64,000 nucleotides of DNA from an uncultured Desulfobacteraceae bacterium (GCA_964410925.1 CAYPIW010000033.1:7266-71265), one strand, 5' to 3'; positions 55,352 through 64,000 are shown, numbered from the stretch's first letter. Numbers and translations: made by a program. Notes: generated from the letters alone by a model not told the origin.

Positions 55352-55960
55352 TTATTGAAGGTTGTTCTCGATTTTTCTAATTTTTAATTTTAATCGATTA
55401 ATAATCTGATCAGGGGTTTTCTTACGCAAAATCTCCTGAAATTGGGCTCCATAAAACCGAACAACGCTGATTCCGAATCCGGAAATATCGTATGCTTTCC
55501 AGGAATCGCCCCGTCTCACCATTTTAATTTCCACCGGAATTTCTACATTATTCCAAAACACTGTCACTTGAACCACGGCTTTGGAGGAGCTGATCAAGTT
55601 TTGACGGGTTAAAATTACCTTCTCATTAGTGTAGTTATCCTGCAGCATGCTAAGGTAATAAACCGTTACAAATCTGGAAAAAAGTTTTGTGAATTCATTC
55701 AGTTGCTGTGGTGTGAATTTTAGCAGATTGCTCGCCAGTGCACGCCGGCAAAACTCTTTAAAGTCAACGATTTGGTTTAAAATTTCTGACAGCTGTTGAC
55801 GTTGGTTATCTTTTTGGGCCGTATCTTTATAAATTGGATCATTTAAAACGGTGATTCCCTGATCTATCAGTTTCTGCAGTACATCTAACGGCTGCTCCGC
55901 ATAAGCAAAAGTAGAAAGTTCTACGAGTATCATAACCACTGCAACCAGAGCCTTTTTCAT
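55352..55960 (-). CDS. MlaC/Ttg2D-family periplasmic lipid-binding protein
   Basis: Signal peptide, DFKEFCRRALASNLLKFTPQQLNEFTKLF, and WKAYDISGFGISVVRFYGAQF. Confidence 0.8.
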   Translation of the reverse strand: MKKALVAVVMILVELSTFAYAEQPLDVLQKLIDQGITVLNDPIYKDTAQKDNQRQQLSEILNQIVDFKEFCRRALASNLLKFTPQQLNEFTKLFSRFVTVYYLSMLQDNYTNEKVILTRQNLISSSKAVVQVTVFWNNVEIPVEIKMVRRGDSWKAYDISGFGISVVRFYGAQFQEILRKKTPDQIINRLKLKIRKIENNLQ

Positions 55961-55972
55961 GGTGAAAATTCC

Positions 55973-56518
55973 CTAACATATTTCTATATTATCTCTTTTT
56001 CTCTTCCTCCAGGAAACATATGATCGGAAAATGATAATCGACACAGGAATACCGACAAAAGTACTGTCATCAATGTTTCCAGGTGAAAAGTCAGGCATGA
56101 AAAAATAGACCATTCCCCCTAAAAGGAGGCTTCCACGAAGCGCCCTTCCATATCCCATAAAGGTAAAGACTCTGAAAAAAGTCATGAAGAGAAAGGTCCA
56201 AAAAAGAAAGACGATGAAATTCGCTACATACCGGTATCGAGCAGGAACCAAATCTGCTATGGATTTGAGTAACGTTTCATAAAAAGAGGTTTCCTTTTGG
56301 ACGCGCACCGTTATGATGTCACCGATGGTCATTTTATCATCGATGTAGGTGGCGCCAGGAATTAAAAAATCAAGAGTGAATACGGATTTCTTTTTGTGAA
56401 GAGCATCATTTGTTGGCCGGAACGGAAGTTCAAGGATATGCTTTACAAACAAAATACCGGCAGTGCATAAAATGGCCAGGAGCAATAAAAGTATGCACTG
56501 GGAAATAGACCTTTTCAT
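55973..56518 (-). CDS. Hypothetical membrane protein
   Basis: Several hydrophobic helices and no recognisable motif. Confidence 0.55.
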   Translation of the reverse strand: MKRSISQCILLLLLAILCTAGILFVKHILELPFRPTNDALHKKKSVFTLDFLIPGATYIDDKMTIGDIITVRVQKETSFYETLLKSIADLVPARYRYVANFIVFLFWTFLFMTFFRVFTFMGYGRALRGSLLLGGMVYFFMPDFSPGNIDDSTFVGIPVSIIIFRSYVSWRKRKRDNIEIC

Positions 56519-56603
56519 GTGGGAATTGTACCCTTTGTAACCATTGAGTTAATCTAAATAATAGGTATGATGCATTATTTAAGGCTCATTTTATCCAGAT
56601 ATA

Positions 56604-57089
56604 TTATTTGCGAAAGCCTTCTAGCTTTTCGATGTGTGACGACTCTTCCCGAATTATTTTTTCCAGATGATCAATGGTTTTCTCATCCATGAGGAAGGTT
56701 TTTAACATTTCATAAAATAAAATCGTGTCCTTTTCAAACTCTATAAAAATATCGATAAGATCTTTACTGTTTTCAAGCTGAGAAAAATCAACATCGGCAA
56801 GTGAAAACGTTTGTTTTCCGATTAAACCTTCGATCAATGACGCATCAATCTCCTTGACCTGCGGACGATCCTTGCTTTTTTCAATATCATCCTTTAAGGT
56901 CAGGAACCAGTCGGCATGTTCCAACTCTTCATCTGCCATTCGCAGCAGCAGATCATCCAGTTCAGGATTTTTCGATTGACCGATAGCTTCGCGATAGACC
57001 GTTTCGCCGTTTTTTTCCAATTGAACAGCAATTTCAATAATTTCAGTTATAGAAAACATTGGCTCAGCCTTTTGAAACATCCCTGACAT
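56604..57089 (-). CDS. Rubrerythrin/ferritin-like diiron-domain protein
   Basis: IAVQLEKNGETVYREA...ADEELEHADWF and a second half with FEKDTILFYE...EESSHIEKL (ExxH pairs). The start is uncertain among ATGs at 57089, 57080 and 57059. Confidence 0.75.
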   Translation of the reverse strand: MSGMFQKAEPMFSITEIIEIAVQLEKNGETVYREAIGQSKNPELDDLLLRMADEELEHADWFLTLKDDIEKSKDRPQVKEIDASLIEGLIGKQTFSLADVDFSQLENSKDLIDIFIEFEKDTILFYEMLKTFLMDEKTIDHLEKIIREESSHIEKLEGFRK

Positions 57090-57162
57090 GGGGGCCTTGC
57101 CGATATGCCGCCAGTGGGTTGTCGAAAAATGTGGCTTATAGGAATTTGTTTTGACCCCCATT

Positions 57163-57933
57163 CTATTGCTTCAATACCCATCGGCCGTGGATTTTTTGTC
57201 GAGTCGCAAGATGCACCCACGATGGGAGGTCAAGCGTGTCGCGCAAAGCGATCAACGCGCTCCCGAATTCCTTTGCATTCGAGAGGAGCAAGCCGGCTAC
57301 GTTCTGTCTGAGGTAAACGAACAATCCCTGTATAACAGGATTCTTATTTTGGAAATGCGAAATAAAATAGGATGAAAACCGCCGCTGATCATTGGTCAGT
57401 TTCTTACTGTATACCGAGCATGACAAATCGGCCAACCGCAAACGCCATGCGGTAACCAGGGGACGAGATTCCACGGTAAAACCCTGCGCAATGGAGATGA
57501 CTCCCCGCTTAATATCCTTACGTATCTCATCATAGAATACGTCACTGATTGGAAGCATTCCAGTATCAGTGAACATGTGATGAAGTATGTATGTGTCATC
57601 AACAACAGTTCTGATTTGCTTTACGAGATCCTTTGTTCCCGGATTAAGGTCGGGGTGATTCACGGGACATGCGAGAAGCGGAAAGTGGTTATGAAATTGC
57701 ATGCGAACGCGAAGCAATTCGTGTGCCATATCCACGAATTCCTCAGCAGCGCTTTTGTACCTGATTTCAACGTGCTGTAACCTGTCATCGAAGTCCATCC
57801 GTGAACGCTCGGTCATACCATTATCCTGTATGAATACGATCAGCACGACATTAGACACTTGGCTGTAAAGCTGTTTTGCGTACTCGGTCTTAAAGTTATA
57901 AGTCATCTTTATATCTCGATGTCTATATCTCAA
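57163..57933 (-). CDS. Hypothetical 247-256-aa protein, downstream partner of the GHKL ATPase
   Basis: Lies 40-67 nt after the ATPase stop on the same strand. No motif recognised. Confidence 0.6.
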   Translation of the reverse strand: MRYRHRDIKMTYNFKTEYAKQLYSQVSNVVLIVFIQDNGMTERSRMDFDDRLQHVEIRYKSAAEEFVDMAHELLRVRMQFHNHFPLLACPVNHPDLNPGTKDLVKQIRTVVDDTYILHHMFTDTGMLPISDVFYDEIRKDIKRGVISIAQGFTVESRPLVTAWRLRLADLSCSVYSKKLTNDQRRFSSYFISHFQNKNPVIQGLFVYLRQNVAGLLLSNAKEFGSALIALRDTLDLPSWVHLATRQKIHGRWVLKQ

Positions 57934-57973
57934 TATCAGGTGTTAATCGGAGATCTTCGGCTATGGGAAATCC

Positions 57974-59818
57974 TCACTTCAAATGTTCTTCCGTGTACAA
58001 AGAGAGTTCGATCATCCGTTCAAGAATTTCGTCTGTGGGCAGTCCCGGAAAATTATGATGAACCAGTTCTTTGCAGAACAGCCGGCAAATATAGCGAAGC
58101 TTTCGGCTTTTTTGTTTGCCGGCAAACACGAAGTCCCTGTGTCCGTTGTTGATTATAATGACGTTTTTGTCCGCGTCGAATTTCGAACGCCACATCTCTC
58201 CCGGAGCCCGACGATATGTATACCCCGGCAGCCCCTTGCGACTTCCTCCGGTTCCAACCGATGGGTCCATGAGTGAATCGGTGATGGTTATCAGGGCCTC
58301 ATCCGTACATTCCGTATCCCCCTGGCGCACCACCACCCTCAATGTGGTCAGACACGGCTCTGAAGGCGCAATAAAAACCACTGATTCTTCATCACCGGCC
58401 TGGAGTTGACCCTCTCCATCCGTTATTTCCCAGCGATATACCAGATTCTCCAAAACGGTCCGCCGCGAGCGATCCCGACAAACCGCACGATATTTCTTGC
58501 GATTGTCAACCGGGACCACACTCGACTTTGGCGAAATCAGTACACTGAACAGCGGTCCGGCAAACTCAAAAAACTCCATCTGCCTTCTTTGATCGCCGTT
58601 AAGCTCCCTAACGTCTTCGTACGCCTCACCTTCCCCGCCATCCTCCTCACGGGCACTCCCCGTCATGGGTCCCGATGAAAAAAGAGCCGCCTTCTTTTTT
58701 TTGCCTTTTCCGCCATGAATGTCGAACCAATCATATTCCTCTTGCGGAAGACGCAGAAACGCCTCCCTGAGAGCACGTTGCACCTTGCGCAGAATTTGAC
58801 GACTGGACCGTTCGTCCTCCGCCTTGCGCTGCTCTTCGATCACCTGCTTCAAACGCTTTTCAACCGGCTCCATGGCCCGGCAAAAAGCGTCAAACTGTTC
58901 ATCACGGATGATCCCCTGACGAGTCCCCGGCGTAAGGTTCAGGAACGAAGCATCAACAATACCCTGAAGGTATCCCGCGGTCCACGGCTCTTTCTGAAAA
59001 TAATCGAGTTCGACAATGGACGGCAAAACCCGCGTACCGCGTCGATACAGTCCCACCTGGTTACCGGAACCCGGATCACTGAGATACAATTCCAGATAGA
59101 TATCACCCGGCGGGATCTCAGCTGGTCTCAGGTCATGGAGCAGGCGCCCGGTGAACTGTCGCGGAACCACAAGATGCTCTGTCCGGCTTGTCCGATCCAC
59201 AACCTCTATTTTTACTCCCGACTCCTTGATCCGGTCCCTGAGTTCTGACGCGAGGTAGCGCTGGATCTTTTCCCCGGTCAAGAGCCGAAGCCCCGGCAGC
59301 AGGGGATAAACCATCAGGTCTGTTCCCTTGAAGGGAATCAATACACGTTTCTTGAAAACCGAGAATTCCGGTGAGTTCTTGGCCATGGTCATCTCGTATG
59401 TGCTTCCATCGGCCCCGCAACAGGTCATACTGAGGTTCTGGCCGACAGTCCAGAAACTGAGGAGACCGATACCAAATTCGCCCTGAACTCCCTCTGCGCC
59501 TTTGTCCTTTAACCGTCGCTTCACGGAATCACAGATGTGTGTTGCCACGTGGCGAAAATCGGGCAACCCTTTTCCATCTCTGGGTATCCCTTCACCATTG
59601 TCACTGACCTTGAGATAAAATTCACCTTTTTTCTTTCCTCTCGTGATCACGATGTGCCCGGCCCTTGCATCAATGCTGTTTTCCACAAACTCGGCCACTG
59701 CTTTCAACGGATTGGCCTGGGAGCTGGCAATGATGCTGATGGCATTCCAATGATCCGCTATTCGTAATTTTCCGGCGCTTGTGCCTTTTTTCCTTTTCTT
59801 TGGAGTGGATCTGGCCAT
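57974..59818 (-). CDS. GHKL-superfamily ATPase of the MutL/MORC (HATPase_c_3) type with a large uncharacterised C-terminal region
   Basis: N-box AVAEFVENSIDA, G1 SDNGEGIP, G2 GEFGIGLLSF, a basic N-terminal tail, a central coiled-coil-like acidic segment, and C-terminal ...IIINNGHRDFVF.... Confidence 0.8.
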   Translation of the reverse strand: MARSTPKKRKKGTSAGKLRIADHWNAISIIASSQANPLKAVAEFVENSIDARAGHIVITRGKKKGEFYLKVSDNGEGIPRDGKGLPDFRHVATHICDSVKRRLKDKGAEGVQGEFGIGLLSFWTVGQNLSMTCCGADGSTYEMTMAKNSPEFSVFKKRVLIPFKGTDLMVYPLLPGLRLLTGEKIQRYLASELRDRIKESGVKIEVVDRTSRTEHLVVPRQFTGRLLHDLRPAEIPPGDIYLELYLSDPGSGNQVGLYRRGTRVLPSIVELDYFQKEPWTAGYLQGIVDASFLNLTPGTRQGIIRDEQFDAFCRAMEPVEKRLKQVIEEQRKAEDERSSRQILRKVQRALREAFLRLPQEEYDWFDIHGGKGKKKKAALFSSGPMTGSAREEDGGEGEAYEDVRELNGDQRRQMEFFEFAGPLFSVLISPKSSVVPVDNRKKYRAVCRDRSRRTVLENLVYRWEITDGEGQLQAGDEESVVFIAPSEPCLTTLRVVVRQGDTECTDEALITITDSLMDPSVGTGGSRKGLPGYTYRRAPGEMWRSKFDADKNVIIINNGHRDFVFAGKQKSRKLRYICRLFCKELVHHNFPGLPTDEILERMIELSLYTEEHLK

Positions 59819-60039
59819 TACTGATCCCTCGGTTCTTTGGCTTTGTTGTTACTTTGTTTCAATTTTATAAACTCCATCTGCATGAAAAATGGATTGGATT
59901 TTGCTTAGATCATTTTAAGAAGAAAATGTCAAACCAATGCGTTAACCAAAATCCACCGCCTAATTTGTGATCGAGCCATTTTTATGTCCCACAGCGTTTT
60001 TCTGAATAAAAATTCAGAACCGTCCAGGGTCATTTTTCT

Positions 60040-60695
60040 TTATATCTCATAAAACCTGATCAAAAAGCAGATTTTGGGCGAAATTATCCTTATAAAATGC
60101 GCGATGCCGAAGAGAAATGTATCCGCCTTATTCGTAGCCACAAGCGTGGCATCCATGTCCAACGTCGCTGTGATTTCAAAATCCTGAAAACCCGAAAAGG
60201 CTGCCAATTCTTTATTAATCCTGGCAAAACCTTTCAAATGCTCGTTTGACGATGGAATAAACGCTTTCACGGTAACTTTTTGCTTTTCTTGATCATTATC
60301 ATGAAATTTTGACAAATACCGAGATATTGACGACGCAGAAGGAACGGTACGGGTTTTCTCTTTACGCCACCGACGTAATAATGCCCTTCTGACTTTTCGC
60401 CTCAAACCATGCAGCTCAGCTTTTTTAAACACTTCACAGAATCCGTCATCGGCTTCAAGTATCTTTATGTCATCTACACAGACCCCCCTGCAAGATTAAG
60501 CAGCACAAGGGAAAGCACAATTTGACTGTCTGTCCAGCCCTGTACGCCCTTACGTATTTTTAAATGTTTTTCTATTGATTTGCTTAATCCTATTACCCCG
60601 GCCAGATTCAGATACACTGGAAGACCGGCCAATGCGGTCATGCCTGTTGTGTTTTCTTCAGTTTCATACTTAAAAGGAAGAACGCCTTGTGCCAT
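60040..60695 (-). pseudogene. Frameshifted and 3'-truncated IS1380-like DDE transposase remnant
   Basis: N-terminus MAQGVLPFKYETEENTTGMTALAGLPVYLNLAGVIGLSK...QGWTDSQIVLSLVLLNLAGG, then a second frame ...ATLDMDATLVATNKAD, then a premature end. About two-thirds of a normal transposase is missing. Confidence 0.7.
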
Positions 60696-61098
60696 AATTG
60701 TTACATCTCGTTGATGATAGGTTTCTTTGTCAAAATCATACTATCTGCTTGATTGCTCAAGCGCAACGAGGTTTTTTATTTTTTTTGATGGTGGATCAAG
60801 GCAGGTCTTCATTCTTGACATTTTTTTTGGAATAATGTGAAGAATGAAGGCCGCCAAACCAGGCACTTAAGAGGGACCGGGCGGGCCGTGTCACTTTCGC
60901 AGTTTTTCCGCAAACAAATGTCCGTGCTATCGGACTGGACCTCAGCTAAAATCCGCCCGGCCGTTTAGCTTGGCCGAACCCCGCAGTAAGATGCAAAGTT
61001 AGGCGCAACTAGAATGGCATTTTTTGATGAAGCATGATGAATCCCTTAAGCCTATGAGGCGTTCCCTGCATCTAAAAATGATGAAGGAGCAGTGGTGA

Positions 61099-61306
61099 TC
61101 AAGCAAGGCACCTGGGTATGTTTTGTTGAACAAAGGTGAGGCGAACCTGCTCAAGAAAAGTGTTATAAACATTTCTCAAATCTTCACTGTGAATAAAAGC
61201 GATTTATCAGAAAAAATAGGGGCTTTTATCTCGGGAACGGTTTTATCAAGTGCTTGAAGGAATTAAATTTCTCACGGAGCCCCGAGAGATTGACGATAAA
61301 AATTAG
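61099..61306 (+). pseudogene. C-terminal remnant of a MazF/PemK-family toxin, frameshifted
   Basis: APGYVLLNKGEANLLKKSVINISQIFTVNKSDLSEKIGAFIS, then a frame change to ERFYQVLEGIKFLTEPREIDDKN*. The N-terminal half is absent. Confidence 0.6.
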
Positions 61307-61478
61307 ATTTTGAGGAGCACCCAACCTGGCGTTTCACCAGACAACCATGGCGGGACGGCAGTGGCAATTTGAAGTTTCGTACTGCCCTGGTTGCTCCTGA
61401 ATTTGTCGTTAACCGTCAGTAAAATTATGCTTGCAAACTCTCCAAGTATGATGTATTGTCATACCTGGGGTGATTAAA

Positions 61479-61721
61479 ATGGCAGCATCAAAAATCGCAA
61501 TTACAATTGACGACAATACACTTAAACGGCTCGATATTCTCGTTAAATCGAAATTTTTTCCAAACCGCAGCAAAGCTATCCAGCAGGCTGTTACCGAAAA
61601 ACTAATGCGCATAGAGAAAAGTCGTCTTGCCCAGGAGTGCGCCAAACTTGACCCAGATTTCGAACAATCCTTAGCGGAGGAAGGCTTCTCATCGGAGCTG
61701 GAAAAATGGCCAGAATATTAA
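61479..61721 (+). CDS. Ribbon-helix-helix (CopG-like) antitoxin of the MazEF-type pair
   Basis: [38 protein letters not shown]. Overlaps the mazF start by 16 nt. Confidence 0.85.
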   Translation: MAASKIAITIDDNTLKRLDILVKSKFFPNRSKAIQQAVTEKLMRIEKSRLAQECAKLDPDFEQSLAEEGFSSELEKWPEY

Positions 61722-62044
61722 GGGGCGACATACACTGGGCAGATTTAAATCCAGTCATTGGCAGCGAACAGGGCGGCTTACGCCCTGTTCTTATTTTAAG
61801 CCATAATGTGTTTAATGAGAGATCTGGTACCGTCATTGCTGTAGCGATCACCAGTCAGCCACAAAGGGCTGGTTATCCGCTGACCATGGAACTTGTGGAT
61901 TCCGAGCTTCCAAAAAAATCTTGGGTAAAGATCAGCCAGATTCGAATTCTTTCAACGAAGCGAACCGGCAAGAAGATAGCAAAAGTTTCTGACGAAGAAT
62001 TGGCTCTCATCATTGATGGTTTGAATGAAATAATTGGCGGTTAA
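61706..62044 (+). CDS. mazF: MazF/PemK-family mRNA interferase toxin
   Basis: [45 protein letters not shown]...[12 protein letters not shown]. Confidence 0.92.
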   Translation: MARILRGDIHWADLNPVIGSEQGGLRPVLILSHNVFNERSGTVIAVAITSQPQRAGYPLTMELVDSELPKKSWVKISQIRILSTKRTGKKIAKVSDEELALIIDGLNEIIGG

Positions 62045-62199
62045 TCGGGTAAGGGGGAGTCTTTCTCTCCTCCTCCCCACACATCCGGCAAACGGGTCCC
62101 CTCCAAAAGAGGGCAAGCCCTCCAAAGGCGGACAAGCGCACCGGACGGTTCACTTAAATTACCGGACCGTAGTCTGGGTGGGGATGTCCATTTTTTTTA

Positions 62200-62400
62200 G
62201 TCTCTCACAGAGCTCTCAGAGAACGCAGAGCTTAAATCTTATTACTTTCCGGCAAAGCCGGAATAAAAGACTATTGTCCTTCCCTGCCTGCCCGGTTAAA
62301 TGCGCAGCTTATTTAACCGAGGTGTGCTTTGTGTACTCTGCGAGAGATTTATAATTTGGATGTTTATTTGTCTTTGGGTCTCTCGCAGAGATCGAAGGGA
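62200..62400. repeat. Mosaic of dispersed repeats (CTCTCACAGAG/CTCTGCGAGAG units and a CGGTTAAAT-N9-ATTTAACCG hairpin)
   Basis: ctctcacagagctctcagagaacgcagagc; cctgcctgcccggttaaatgcgcagcttatttaaccgagg (62283-62322); gtactctgcgagag; tctctcgcagagatcgaagggatcacagag. Confidence 0.7.
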
Positions 62401-62817
62401 TCACAGAGTTTTATTCTTTACCCAATTTTCACATTTGAGCTTTGGGATTCTCGAAAATTCCTTGATGTTGTTTGAAATAATCGTTAGACGCAACCCCAAA
62501 GCATGGGCGGCAATTAACATATCCAGAGGACCGATGGTTTTGCCTTCAGATTCCAGTGATGCTCTTATTTCACCGTAGCATCTCATCACTCTTTGGCCAT
62601 TAAAAGGAAGAATCGTTAGGGGCAGCAGGAACTCATCAAGAGCATTTTGATTCGTATGTTTGTTCCTGCTTTTTTCAACTCCATACTGCAGCTCTGCATG
62701 TGTTATTGAAGAAATCCCAAATTCAGAAACAGGATATTGTTCAAATTTTCTCAATACGTTCTCTGGCTTTTCATTTATGATGTATATGCAAATATTTGTG
62801 TCCAAAAGGTATTTCAT
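62401..62817 (-). CDS. vapC: PIN-domain toxin
   Basis: MKYLLDTNICIYII...ITHAELQYG...GPLDMLIAAHA...IISNNIKEF. Confidence 0.92.
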   Translation of the reverse strand: MKYLLDTNICIYIINEKPENVLRKFEQYPVSEFGISSITHAELQYGVEKSRNKHTNQNALDEFLLPLTILPFNGQRVMRCYGEIRASLESEGKTIGPLDMLIAAHALGLRLTIISNNIKEFSRIPKLKCENWVKNKTL

Positions 62818-63050
62818 TTGAACATTGGCTCTCGTTTTTGATTTTCTACGGGTTGATTTCTCTCGATTTTGAAATCTTTCGCGAAATGATTCAGACTGTC
62901 AAAAAGCGTATTCCATGATTTTTCTTTAGGTAATAAGATAATTGCCTCGCCTTGTTTTTTGATATACACTTCGCTTCCTGACATTCTGAATTCCTTTGGC
63001 AATCTGACGGCCTGGCTTTGTCCGTTTTTAAACAATTTTGCTGTTTTCAT
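62814..63050 (-). CDS. vapB: VapB antitoxin (SpoVT/AbrB-like)
   Basis: MKTAKLFKNGQSQAVRLPKEFRMSGSEVYIKKQGEAIILLP. RBS GGAGG precedes the ATG at 63050. 4-nt overlap with vapC. Confidence 0.88.
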   Translation of the reverse strand: MKTAKLFKNGQSQAVRLPKEFRMSGSEVYIKKQGEAIILLPKEKSWNTLFDSLNHFAKDFKIERNQPVENQKREPMFK

Positions 63051-63067
63051 TGCTATCCTCCATCTTG

Positions 63068-63111
63068 AATATATATTAAAAATATATATATTTTCAATGA
63101 TGTTTGTCAAG
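63068..63111 (-). promoter_or_regulatory. Candidate vapBC promoter with AT-palindromic operator
   Basis: On the minus strand, TTGACA (63110-63105) is followed 16-17 nt later by TATATA-type sequence. The self-complementary AATATATATT blocks overlap the -10 region and are plausible VapB autoregulation sites. Confidence 0.35.
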
Positions 63112-63144
63112 AGTAAATGAGAAATGAGGTTCTTGGGAACCTTT

Positions 63145-63430
63145 TGTTTTTTTGAACCGCCCCGGTTAAATTCGTCCCGGTTAAACAAAAAATGGGCAGG
63201 TTTAACTGGATAAACTCCGCCTTTGTTAAATACGCCTTGCTGTCATTATCATGAATTTAACTTGGCAGGCTTGTCTCCTTCGAAGCCCCGGCTAAACATG
63301 AGCAACAGAATGGTTGAATCCTGGTTAAATGTAAGGACAGATTTAACTGGACAGGCAGGGTAAAAATTAAACAGGCCAAGGCGCAAAGATTTATCTTTAT
63401 CACCGATTTTCGCGCTAGGTTTAACCGTCA
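63145..63430. repeat. Array of about 10 GGTTAAA/TTTAACC-containing units between vapBC and the transposase 3' end
   Basis: ccccggttaaattcgtcccggttaaac...ggcaggtttaactgg...ctttgttaaatacg...gaatttaacttggcagg...ccccggctaaac...cctggttaaatgtaaggacagatttaactggacaggcaggg...ctaggtttaaccg. Confidence 0.6.
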
Positions 63431-63458
63431 TATGAATATAATAATTTCGAACCTGGTC

Positions 63459-64000
63459 TTATTGAAATATCAGTTTAAGACGGCCGCCATCAAGCCAATT
63501 TAGAGACTCCGGCATTCTATGCCATGGGACGGATCTCAAAATAGGGTTATGAGCTCTTTTCGGATATATGACGGTTAACTCGTTGCCCTTGACAGTTATT
63601 TTTCCTTTTCCTCTGACAAAATCACGGTAGATTTTCGGCGCATCGCAATCTTCAAAACCCCGAAGCTTTTTTGACAGCATACCATAAAATGTATCTGCGA
63701 TCATTGTCATTACAATGTCAAAGTGGACTTTGATCAGAATAGGAGAAGAAAGGGTGTTGAGATTAAAAAATTTAACGGCTTCTGCAATGACATTCTCGAC
63801 ATGCCATCGCCTTGAATAGTTGCTTACCAGCAGCTCCACCGGAGATTCAAAATCGTTTGTGATCAGGAATGCGGGTTTTTCCCGGCCGTTGCCTCGAACA
63901 ATCACTTGGCGCAGTTGGCCAGTGTAATTACTCATCTCTACAACCGACTCATGAACTAGTGGATTGGGATATTTCCTTTTCCCATGGGGAATGTTAATGC
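63459..64000 (-). CDS. DDE transposase (IS4-superfamily-like), C-terminal part; the 5' end lies beyond the window
   Basis: The frame is open to base 64000 (INIPHGKRKYPNPLVHESVVEMSNYTG...). YSRRWHVENVIAE is a Y-x2-R-x3-E-type motif. Confidence 0.75.
   Translation of the reverse strand, partial: INIPHGKRKYPNPLVHESVVEMSNYTGQLRQVIVRGNGREKPAFLITNDFESPVELLVSNYSRRWHVENVIAEAVKFFNLNTLSSPILIKVHFDIVMTMIADTFYGMLSKKLRGFEDCDAPKIYRDFVRGKGKITVKGNELTVIYPKRAHNPILRSVPWHRMPESLNWLDGGRLKLIFQ

Noticed and set aside
57105-57375. Short plus-strand ORFs at the junction of the rubrerythrin-like gene and the GHKL partner gene
   Set aside because: They are antisense to two co-directional minus-strand genes and have no supporting signals.
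60001-60020. Perfect 8-bp inverted repeat TTCTGAAT-AAAA-ATTCAGAA considered as a possible terminator of the IS remnant
   Set aside because: The stem is AT-rich and weak, and there is no adjoining T-run in the relevant orientation, so it is not reported as a feature.
62034-62354. 106-aa plus-strand ORF after mazF, and 63249..63431 on the minus strand
   Set aside because: Both are composed of the repeat mosaic (CTCTCACAGAG units, GGTTAAA hairpins), with no RBS or motif.
1-64000. Search for tRNA, rRNA, tmRNA or RNase P-like sequences
   Set aside because: I saw no T-loop/acceptor-type GGTTCGAATCC-like motifs in intergenic DNA and no rRNA-like conserved blocks. A covariance-model scan would be needed to exclude small ncRNAs.

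Overview
This is a 64-kb chromosomal segment. It most likely comes from a sulfate-reducing Desulfobacterota (Desulfobacterales-like) genome. That is an inference from gene content (PxxKW cysteine-rich protein, ResB/CcsA, Isf-like flavoprotein, lysine-less IscS) and from the style of the dispersed repeats.

About 60 protein-coding genes are supported.
- Housekeeping: argJ, truA, tyrA, purB, kdsD, pfk, recB-recD, resB-ccsA, iscU/iscS-like, a pseudouridine synthase, and a ClC channel.
- Envelope: OmpA-like lipoprotein, GT9 heptosyltransferase, LpoA-like protein, LpxR and MlaC-like protein.
- Accessory right-hand end (57-64 kb): a GHKL ATPase operon, IS remnants, and intact plus decayed toxin-antitoxin cassettes.

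I saw no rRNA, tRNA or CRISPR array. Intergenic DNA is saturated with several families of short dispersed repeats. At least two families behave as MITEs, with terminal inverted repeats and 8-bp target-site duplications, and one copy has rewritten the 3' end of recB.

Most interesting candidates:
1. A GC-richer three-gene module of DUF2760 membrane protein, Hsp70 and a long Hsp70 with no co-chaperone in cis (38.4-43.9 kb).
2. A MORC/MutL-type GHKL ATPase with an unrecognisable 256-aa partner, next to the IS/TA junkyard (57.2-59.8 kb).
3. An IscS paralogue lacking the PLP lysine, paired with an IscU carrying a zinc-ribbon tail.
4. A putative amidoligase followed by a tightly packed CAP-domain protein, 69-aa protein and Gate-domain membrane protein.
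5. A receiver domain with Glu at the phospho-acceptor position.

All functional calls come from motif recognition by eye; no searches were run.
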